64,000 nucleotides of DNA, from assembly GCF_009914755.1 (NCBI RefSeq), contig NC_060926.1; one strand, given 5' to 3'. The position numbers and the translations under genes are program-made. Shown one piece after another: positions 53,140 through 64,000 of the stretch. Under the pieces are notes generated by a model, which made no database searches, had not been told where the DNA came from, and was given only the letters and a program-made list of their open reading frames with translations. Position 1 is the stretch's first letter; every line of letters begins with the position of its first letter. Source of the stretch: the human T2T-CHM13v2.0 reference genome, Homo sapiens.

Positions 53140-54101
53140 TCTTTTTCCCTCTGTCTCCTCTTGAAGGGAATGATCATGGCTGGCATCAGTCATCATTCAT
53201 TACGCAATGGTTTTCTGATAAGTCAAAGTTTACCAAATGATGACTCTAGTTTTAGGAGATTTCTATTTATTTTTAAATATTAACTCTGCCTCTAAAAGAC
53301 AGGTAAACAAACTGTATTTTTAACTCACTAATAAAGACTTGGCATGACGATCACAATATAAAAACAAACAAAAAAGGAAGCATTCCAAGTTTGCCCCTTT
53401 AATTGCCAGAGAAACAGGATTTACTCTGTGTGTCTACAATTGTGGTGTCCACAAATGAAAAGAAAGCCCGTCCCTTCACAAGCCATTGGTATGCTAGGAA
53501 ACTCCCCACAACAAGCTCCAGATCTCTTATTTACTGTCAAGATTCTCCTGAATGCATATAGGAATGTTCCCACCAGAATTTCTAGATTAGCGCTTAACAG
53601 AGCTTCACAGCTCTGGGCCTCTAATTAGGCAGGAAGGCCACACTTTATTAAAGGACTTGTGACAAACAAACAAACTGCCGAACATAAAATGGGGGAGAAA
53701 GCAAAGGGCATATGGTATGTTTTTCATTTCATATCTGGCTCTTCTCCAGAAGGGGTGGGTAAACAGCTTAGTACAGGAACACACTGTACCCTCTTTTATC
53801 ATCACACGTACCAACCTGCACGGATGCATAAGGACAGAGACCCAGGGCCCTGTGAGGAGAGGGAAAAACAGGTGGCTTCACTGGGTGCTGAAATCTGTTG
53901 CTTTGGGCCACTTGGAAATGATCTCTGTCATTATCCACAAGTATGTTCAAAGAGCAGGGAATAAAAGGACGTATCAAGTGCATCGACACCTTCCTTCCAA
54001 AGTCTTACTTAGCACACTACTTTTCAAAGCCCCTTATCTTAAGTCCTGATCAACACTTGTCTCAAAAGGGAAAGTCTGAAGTTCACACCTGTTTGTCTTT
54101 G

Positions 54102-54420
54102 TACAGGGTGTGTGTATCTGTGTAGGCACATAAAGTTTAGCTACCAAATAATGACATGGACATCCTTCAGTGAGAACTGTCCTTCACAACAGCCAACTTG
54201 GGGGCTGCATACTTATTCCAGTCATGCAGCCATTGTTTGCAGCATTTTTGGAATGCCTGCTCAGCCTTGGGCATATTCTTTTGAATAGTCTCTATAGCAG
54301 CCAGTCTTAGCCCTCTGAGGACACGTTTGATCTTTGGAGACAGCCAAAAAGCTTTGAGAGCCAAATATGGTGAATAATGGGACTGATTAAGCTGGGTAAT
54401 TGTTCCCAGCGAGGTATTAT
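54102..54420 (-). mobile_element. Ancient mariner fragment (MARNA-like) with transposase C-terminus remnant
   Basis: End sequence TACAGGGTGTG; minus frame reads HYSPYLALKAFWLSPKIKRVLRG...FQKCCKQWLHDWNK, like mariner PYSPDLAPxDFWLFPKIK...FQKCFxQWxxRWxKC. Confidence 0.75.
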
Positions 54421-56615
54421 CTAAAGCCAAAGAGTTCCGAAACCGAAGTTCCAAAATCAGAGTTGTGTACAACACTTGCTCTGATGAGTTTGTTGGAAAG
54501 GAAGTCTCCTCACTTTAGAGACAGACCTCAACATATGCTTAATGAGACTAAAGTTCATCTGTCTGTATCTCCCTAGCTCCACATACTCACAATCAAGCAA
54601 GGCTGAACTTGAATAAAGCAACTCACTCAAAAAAGGCAAACATTTGCGTAACTTAATATATTTTTTAAAAAAGAAAAAAGCAATGCCCATACTAGGGTCT
54701 TGCAGTCAGTCATTCAATGCAATAAGCATAAATACAATGATAAAGACTGGAATAAGCAGGGGAAAAGCCCGCATAGGCGTACATATGTTTAATACACTTT
54801 ATATATACACCACTTCAATTGACTGAAGGGAGACAATTGACAGACCAGAGGTAGCAAATATTGCTACAAAGTTTTACAAATGCAAAAATTCATTTGTAAC
54901 AGGCAGAAACTGGAAACAAAAAGGCAAAACATTTCCTTAAGAGAAGACACTGCAAATATCAAGTGGTGATATTCCTACAATGCATTCTGTCTGGTTACAT
55001 CATTGGGGAATAACTTCTGAAGGCAGAAATACAATGCACCTGTCACGAGATTTAGTAGCAGGAAATTACATTTTGACAAAATTTCATCACCACATCAGTA
55101 TCTACTATGTCCTTCTGCGTGTATATTCTTGTAAGATAAAACCCACCTAATCCTGTTGCCAGTAATGAAAAATGTAATTTTTAAAGCATTATCAAATAAG
55201 TCAACACTTGAGCAATGCTACTTGACACCTATGGATTATTGCATTATTGCATCTAGTAGGAATTTACATCTTCTGGGTTCTACCCACTTAAACTATGCCT
55301 ATAATAGCTGAAAAACAAATAAAGACTTTGCTTCCTTTTACATTGTCTCAGCTTACTGATCGTTTTTACTGGGAAAGCAGCTGGAAACAGCACAAGAGTA
55401 TAAGTGTGATGGAAAGATCTGTACACTCAGCAATGCATTCTTGGTCAGAACAATTGACAAATGTTTTCATCCTGTATTTATATGTTTTGAAACTTCTTGC
55501 CAATATGTTAAATCAAGGGCAATATAGTAATAAAAATCTAGTTGGGGCATTGCTAGTCGTTTCTACTTTTACTAGGGAAATAAGAGTAAAATATTTTAAG
55601 TTGCTTGGCCACTGTCACATACTAAATTGTTAGAAAGTAACTCTTCCTTATCCAACTGTGCTTTAAAAAAATGACCGTAGTGATGACCTTTTTTCAATAG
55701 AGGTCATTGTTTGAAATCTTATATTGTAGATGGAACTAGAAAATTAATATAAATTAATTTCCTCCACTTAAAGAAATGAATCAAAACAGCATATTTCTCT
55801 TTCAGTTAACATAAACAGCTGTGTGCTTTTTAAAAAAAAAAGTATCTTGAATATAATACAGAAAATGTATAAAATACAGGAAGATGTAAAGAAGGAATAA
55901 ACATGACTTATATTCCCCATCACCAGAAAAACCACTACTCAGCTGTGGTTGTAATTTCACAATCTACTTAAAGGATTTGAACTTTTAAAATGCTGCATTT
56001 AATGTCCCCTCAAAAAGTCTAAGTAGGAAAGGAAAATACTGTTTTAATCATACTTAGATCTTTCCCATTCTTAAAAATCCATGATGAGAAAAATTTTTGA
56101 AATGTTACCCAACTTTTTAAAGCATCCTGGTATTCCATCCCTTTGCCATCATCCCAACGCATTGTATAATATGGGGAGAGTAGGAATTTGAAAGTAGGAA
56201 AATCTTCTGGCTCCCTGGCTTTAGTTTCCAAAAGCCTCAGTATTTAAAGGAAGGGCACAGGCAAAATATTTGGAAGAGCCAGGAGAACAGAAGGATTCCT
56301 CTCAGGTTAGAAAAGATTCCCTTCATGAGAGCAGAGGGGTCAGTGGGTAGCTCTGTACTTTGCAAGATTCTGACAATGATGCCTGTAACCTCTCTCTATT
56401 CTGTCTTCCCACGTCTGTTGATTTCCTATTTCACACAATTACATTAAACTGCATACCCCTCCCTCCTACCACAATTCTTCAGTTACCTCACTGCTGATAC
56501 ACTTAATTTACAGTACCACTAACTGGAAGCAAATCATGTCTTCTAGAATGCTTATTAATAAAGCACCTTACAACACACACATTCAGCATACCTGAATCTG
56601 GCAAATGAGCCCAGT

Positions 56616-56617
<2 letters not shown>

Positions 56618-56664
<47 letters not shown>

Positions 56665-56677
56665 ACACACACACACA
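56618..56677. repeat. (CA)n microsatellite with one interruption
   Basis: About 22 CA units, TAA, then further CA. Confidence 0.95.
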
Positions 56678-57806
56678 TATTATCATCAGTCTCAAATACC
56701 TTTATAGTTCTGGTAATAGATGGGTGTTGTTCATTAAAATTCATACCTCCATAAAATCCCACTATAAAATCTCAGATGAATAAAAATGACCACTGACCTA
56801 TGGATAGACTGTGAAACGCTTATTAAAGGAAGTTCCCAGCTTAAAGCCTTGGTTCTAGCATTTGAGTTAGTAGCACAGAAGGAGGAAGCTGCATTCTCCT
56901 GGTCCAGCGCTATTAACTATGGTCATATTGCTGATACAAAAAGAAGAGCTAAATCCAGAGAGCCTCTAAAGTCTGGGACATGGGATAATCTCCCCGTTCT
57001 TTACAAGGGACAGCTGGGAAGTATGGGGGCAAGCTGAAGCTTGGAAAAGGAGAAAACTAACCAGTGAATTCTCAATTCTCAACTCTAAGGCCTTCAGATC
57101 ATAATCACACACATCAAGTGAAGATTGAGCTAAAGTTAGAGGTAAGACCAACATGTTTGCTACTTGGATGTTGAAAGGAGAAAGCCATTTTAGCTAAAGA
57201 AAGGAAACCAACTTCTTTTAAAACAGGCCAGGATTGAGCTGGAAAGAACTTGGTTTTGTGGTCTCAAATGGCAAAGGGTAAGCCAACCAGCCAAGCCAGT
57301 GCTTTAATGGAGCTGCTTAAATAGCACTTTTGCCTGGTGCAAGTCACATGGGAGAGGGCTGGTGAAAATAACAAGGTTGCTGGCCAGATCTTCCAGTGCG
57401 CAGGGTTGCCAAGGAAGAAAATTCAGGGAGAGTTGCCAACATATGAGAGGCCATCTCGCTCCAGTTCCCCTTTTGTCCCAGTGAAAGAGCTTCTGGCAGG
57501 GCTGGTGACTTCAGGAGACCACCAATGAAGAAAGGCACACGCATTATGAAAAAAAAAAAAAAGAAGACCGAAAGGCGACCATCAAGCCTGTCAGCTCTGG
57601 CAGAGGCTACTGGGCTGAATTCTGTCAGTCTCGTGAATTTCTCCTTCCCCAGCTACCAAAGGCAGAAGGAGATTCCAGAAACTTTTCAGGATGGTTAGGA
57701 ATTTGTGGAGAAGGCAGACCAAAACAACATTTAGTTCTCAGTAATTAAAAGTATTCTGTCAGTGATATATTAAGGAAATCTGAATAAATATTAATACATC
57801 TTTTAA

Positions 57807-58398
<592 letters not shown>

Positions 58399-59317
58399 TA
58401 AACCTGTTACGAAAAGACATGAAGGTAATATGACAGAATATTCCCTACTAAGTGAGAATGTCATACGAATGTCTTTCTTCTGCTTTCATGGGCACTATTT
58501 CTGCAGCATCCTTTCCCTCACAGAAATTACATTTCAGTTCTGAGGTTTCTATTGTAATTTCACATCACTTTTGGGTTTGGGGTTTTGTTTGTAATGGTCA
58601 GATTACAGGATACAGGTTTTATAGGTCTGGCTTTGATACAAACCAGTAGACTTGCATTAAAATCAAAACTTCATTTAGTGTATGGATGGTGAAAATTGTG
58701 TGCAAAACTGTTTCTATAATTAGACAAAAGGGAATCAGGCAGAGCCTATTTTCACTGCCTTTGCTTTTTTTGTTAAAAACTAATAGATTTCTCATTCTTT
58801 GCCCTCTCCCTGGAGTCAAATTGCTTCAAGAAAGCAAGCGTCTGATTTTACATTTGAGTAACTGTCTGACTACCCAATTGTTTCTCAAGCATCATCAGTT
58901 TTTCCATAATAGCCCAGGAATCAGGCACCAAACAAGCATTTGCATAGACAACCCTGGTCTGCAGCGGACTGAGGTAAGAATCATTAACACCACTGACATC
59001 ACTTTTGGCAGCTGGAGAAGTGGGAAAACCTGTGTTTAATCTATTTCCTACTCACCGCAAGTTTTAGCTAGAGTCCCCGATAATATGGGTTGTGGTTCAC
59101 TTTATGGAAGAACTTGGTCATGTAAGAAAAATCTACTGAATTGAACAAGCATCTTCCAAAACAACCATGAGGTACCTCAGCTGTGGGGCCATGATCTTCC
59201 CATAGGTTTTTCTGATCCTTAAACAGGCCTAACAGAGGACAATGCCACTCCCAATAGTTTCTAATAGGGGCAAGCTCAACCTCAGTAGAAGATTTTCCCT
59301 ACAACATACATCTAAGG

Positions 59318-59630
59318 CAGGGGTCCTCAATTCCCAGGCTGTGGACCAGTAGAGATCCATGGCCTGTTAGGAACCGGGCTCCACAGCAAGAGGTGAATGG
59401 TGGATGAGCATAAGCACCTGAACTCGGCTTCCTGTCAGATCAGCAGCGGCATTAGATTCTCACAGGAGTGTGAACCCTATCATGAACCGTGTATGCAAGG
59501 GATCTATGTTGCACATGCTCTTTATGAGAAAATAATGCCTGATGAAACCATTCATCCCCTCACCCCCAGCCATGGAAAAATTGTCTTCCATGAAACCTGT
59601 CACTGGTGCCAAAAAGGTTGGAGACCCCTG
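59318..59630 (+). mobile_element. MER1B hAT-Charlie element
   Basis: CAGGGGTC...GACCCCTG termini, GGCATTAGATTCTCACAGGAG, and perfect 8-bp TSD ATCTAAGG (59310-59317, 59631-59638). Confidence 0.92.
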
Positions 59631-60359
59631 ATCTAAGGAACGTCTCCAGGAAGCCATCATCTTACAGAAGCAAAAAAGGTTTAGCCTTTGTTTTCCTTTC
59701 TGCATTGAGGAGAATATCAGGGGGAAAACGTTGAGAAGAATTTGATCTGGGATTCTTTGAAGCGAACTGTTCTTTAAAAAAAAAAACAAAGTGGTCTAAC
59801 TATTGAAGAAACACTCCCTCTCTGAAACCAGCTGAAACTGATTATAATACAAGTATATGGCAGCATATTTCAAATGTATTTGACCCACAGTTCTCATTTG
59901 CTTTACCTGAAGAATATCTGTTATGGAAATGCAAGTCATAAAGATTTCTGGGCTATGATAGTAATTCTTCAACAAAAGTCAATGTAAAAGGAGCAAGGAA
60001 AAGTATACCATTCATCTTAGATTTCAGAAGGCCATACACAGGCAGGAACCATATTAATTAGCTCATGTTAAAGAGAAAGCTATTAACTGTTGCTTACAGT
60101 AAAGTAATAATGCAATAAATGTGTGTTTCCCTTGAGTTGCCTCTTTCTGAGTGACAAGTGAGTAACCTGTATGCGATTTTGAATTAAAAAATGTACTTTA
60201 GGGAATTCAACCCCAAAAAAGGTTATTTTCAGAATGAAGATGGAACTATTACATGGCTGTCATGCTTTTTAAAGACTGATAATTTTGTTTAAGTCAAAAC
60301 TTATTTCTGAATTAAAATTTGAAAGGAAACTAAGACAAGTTCCATTATCCCATCTCTCA

Positions 60360-60545
60360 GTGTTCTTTTCTCTGTGATTTCAGGCAAGTTGCTCACCCTC
60401 CAAAATCCCAAATGTTTTCGTCTGTAACACAGGAGAGCATTGCCCATTTCACAGGGTTCTCGTTGAGATTAAATGAGATAATACATGACATTTTCTTATC
60501 ATTGTGCCTGACACATAATAAGCCCTCAATCATTAGCTCTTAGTG
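60360..60545 (+). mobile_element. MIR SINE
   Basis: TGTGATTTCAGGCAAGTTGCTCACCCTC...GAGATTAAATGAGATAATACATG...GTGCCTGACACATAATAAGCCCTCAAT. Confidence 0.75.
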
Positions 60546-61601
60546 TAACTACTGTTATGAAGAACTAGAAACCCTTGGATCCCACATCTTTTCCTGATAC
60601 CTGAAAACACACCAGCCAAAAACACTGTGGTGGAACTAGCAAGCAAGGATGAATCCACCAACCAAATGCCAGGCAAGGACTGAATCAGAAGCCAAAATGA
60701 GGATGCATCTTGCGAAGAGAGGACAAAGTTATTTCAGAAAGGAGGAAGGGGAAAATGCCAGAACAAAAAGAAAAAGTAAAAGTAGCAGTAGTAGTAAGGC
60801 TAAAGATATGATATGTAATACAACGTTATACAAGGACCTGTCTACCTACACAGGAAAGAGTACAAATTCAATATTGAGACAGTAGCATTCACGTACAAAG
60901 GGGAAGATCTCAAATGAATGCTATCTACAGAAACATCAGAAAGGCCACTTTTATTGCTTGAAAAAAATCAGAAGCTTGAAGCCCCCCACTCTTTCTAAGT
61001 CTGCTAATGAAAGACTTCTAATACTACTGAAAGTATTTACAAAGAAATCACATGAATATGCTTAAATGGGTGTTCAGTGAGATTCTTATGCATTATTTCT
61101 AGGTTCTAAAGCATGTTTATGATTGTTGGGGGTGGGGGCAGGGAATTGGGTGGCTTTTGTTTCCAAATTCTTTTCCCCAATCTCTCATCTGAAGGAACTG
61201 AACAGGAGTGTGATCTAGCCAGTCAATGCTGCTTGAGTAACTTGATGAAAAATTGAAATTGCTGCCAGATGCACATCTAATTGTTGGCAGCTGGAAGAGG
61301 AGGGAGGGAAATCTCAGAAAGTTAATCTAAAATAATTGATAATGCATCCACTGCTTGCAGCTCTAAGGTCACTGAGGCAGACAATGGTGCAAATTTCTAA
61401 CTGACTGCCTTGTGTAAAGAGGCAAAATTTTTCCAGTTGACAATGAGGGGTCGACCTTTCACCTACTGACCCCAAAGCTCCTGTTCTTTTGCTTTCATCT
61501 TTCAAGTCTTACTTCCACTTTGCTCCTGCCCCTCTCTATTTTCTCCATTATCTGACATTTCAGCCTCTTTCTTTTTAATGTGGAAAAAGCCACTTGCTTA
61601 A

Positions 61602-61924
<323 letters not shown>

Positions 61925-62088
61925 CTAACAGCATTCTTAAACGAAACTGCATATCACATTATTGCAGGGTTGAGCTGCTTGTCTGGCTGAGCTAAAAGCA
62001 CCCCATGGACAGTTGTGCCCCATTCTTAATAAACAGGTAGTGACAACTTTTAGCTAAGGAACCGCCATTAAGAAGTATTTATAGTGAC

Positions 62089-62439
62089 TGTTATGGACTG
62101 AAACATGTCTTTCCTTGCAATTTATATGTTGAGATCCTAACCCTCAACATGATGGTATTAGGAGGTGGTGCCTTTGGTAGGTAATTAAGTCATGAGGGTG
62201 GAGCCCTCATGGGTGGGATAAGTGCCCTTATGATGAAACATGAGAGCTTGCTTTCTGCTCTCTACCACAGGAGGCTACAATAAGAAGACGGCCATCGTAA
62301 ACCAGGAAGAGGGCACACCAAACCAGGGTCTGTGGTGCCTTGTTCTTGGACTTACCCGCCTCCAGAACTGTGAGAAATAAATGTGTGTTGTTTAAGCCAC
62401 CATCAACTCAATTTTGTAATAACAGCCCAAACTAAGACA
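62089..62439 (+). mobile_element. MLT1A-type solo LTR
   Basis: TGTTATGGACTGAA...GGTATTAGGAGGTGG...GCCTCCAGAACTGTGAGAAATAAAT...ACTAAGACA; flanks GTGAC/GAGAC. Confidence 0.85.
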
Positions 62440-62614
62440 GAGACTCTGAGGGGACTACAGTCCCAAGGGAAATAAATGGGGTCACCTTCAGACCCATGGA
62501 AGGGCCAGACAGAAGCCATCCATCTGGCCTTTGGCAGAAACACGCTCATGAGGCTCAACCAATTTCTCTTTGCAGACACCCTCCAGTCTCCAAGCATTTC
62601 ACTAAATCTCTAGG

Positions 62615-62810
62615 GTAATGGTTCTCAATTTGTGTGGGTGAAAAAACTTTGCCCCACAGGGAACATCTGGCAATGTCTGCAGGTATTTCTGCTTGTCACA
62701 ACCAGGAAAGGGGTTGGGGAGGAGAGATGCTACTGGCTTCTAATGGGTAAGGGCCTGGAATACTACTAGACACCTTACAACACAGTGGAGAGTCTACTGC
62801 AACAAATTAA
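62615..62810 (+). mobile_element. MER20-like hAT element
   Basis: TGGTTCTCAA...TTTGCCCCACAGGGAACATCTGGCAATGTCTG...TGCTACTGGCTTCTAATGGGTA. Confidence 0.78.
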
Positions 62811-62980
62811 CAGTTTAATAAAATGGAGAAAATACCTGGTTTCACAATCATTTGCAAAGCTCAGGGAGATAATGAGATAAGGCTGCAGTGAACAAGGAGA
62901 CACATTACTTACGTGACCCATTCATCACGCTCATTGCCCTCAAATCTCTGAGAGTCCAAAAAAAAAAAAAAATCCTCAAG

Positions 62981-63290
<310 letters not shown>

Positions 63291-64000
63291 CCAAAATGTT
63301 AAATATTAGATTCCTTCTGTTCCAGAATTAGTAGACTTTAAAAAATAAATTCACTTTAAAAAATAAATCCACTAAATTTATTCTCTAAGAGGCTATTCCT
63401 AAATCAGAACACTGTTTCATAGAGGTTTTCCCTACTTTATAAGATAAATATCCACACCTCGGAAGATAATTTATGATCAAAAAACAAACAAACAAAACAA
63501 AACCCAGTAGTCAAATGCAAGACTGAGATACAAATCATAGTTGCTGTTTCTGTGTTTAAAATGTCTTCTCAGGAAGACACTTTTAGGTCTGCTTTCCCAA
63601 AACTTAATATTGACAAAAAACAGCAAAGGGGGGATGCTCGGGGCACATATATCATCATCCGTGAGTACACAGGGTTCCAGATTCTAAAAATTAGACAATG
63701 AACAGAACAAGTTGATTTCCAGGTGGTTAAATACCAGGGTTTTCAGATTGAACCCTGAGGCAGTGGTAAGAAGAACAGATCCTCCTTAAATATAGCAAAA
63801 GGAGCTGCTGCAGGTCCCAGAGTACACCAAGAAAACAACAGCTTCTATTCTTTCTAGACCATAGCCTGAGACGCTGACAAAATGCTTTCAAAATAAAAGG
63901 GAGCCACAAAATTTCACCTTACTATCAAACATCAACAGGCTATAATTAACACTTAATTAACAGCATTATGGTGAAATCTGCTTATTCTCCTCAAAAACTG

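Noticed and set aside
55673-55706. TGACCT...AGGTCA everted nuclear-receptor half-sites
   Set aside because: An 11-bp spacer is not a standard arrangement and nothing else supports it.
58971-58980. Strong plus-strand donor GAG|GTAAGA, possible antisense exon
   Set aside because: No convincing paired acceptor or promoter; isolated donors are frequent by chance.
63337-63373. 18-bp tandem duplication TTTAAAAAATAAAT(T/C)CAC
   Set aside because: Ordinary slippage in AT-rich DNA.

Overview
Primate, almost certainly human, non-coding genomic DNA; no protein-coding exon is present. The one genic element I recognise is the large non-coding last exon (3' UTR) of IRS1 on the minus strand (~46135-51081). 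It has a clean acceptor (...TTCTTTCCTTTTTCTTTTCAG|AATGAAGACCTAAATGACC), proximal and distal poly(A) signals and many miRNA seed matches; 51082-64000 is the end of the IRS1 intron. The IRS1 call (2q36) rests on my recall of the mRNA sequence, not on a database search. Bases 1-46100 are downstream intergenic DNA dense in Alu, L1, L2, MIR, MaLR/ERVL solo LTRs and DNA transposon fossils. Notable items: a 158-bp mitochondrial 12S rRNA insertion (NUMT, 37070-37227); a three-tier nest (MLT1 > 5'-inverted L1PB > Alu); two repair scars built from inverted copies of their own flanks (~2484-2544, ~34452-34680); a triplicated Alu target site; a 1.6-kb GT-rich repeat with higher-order structure; and a fossil mariner transposase fragment. 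I found no evidence of a new multi-gene system. The supplied ORFs are repeat-derived or chance. Repeat subfamily names and the boundaries of old repeats are approximate, assigned by eye.
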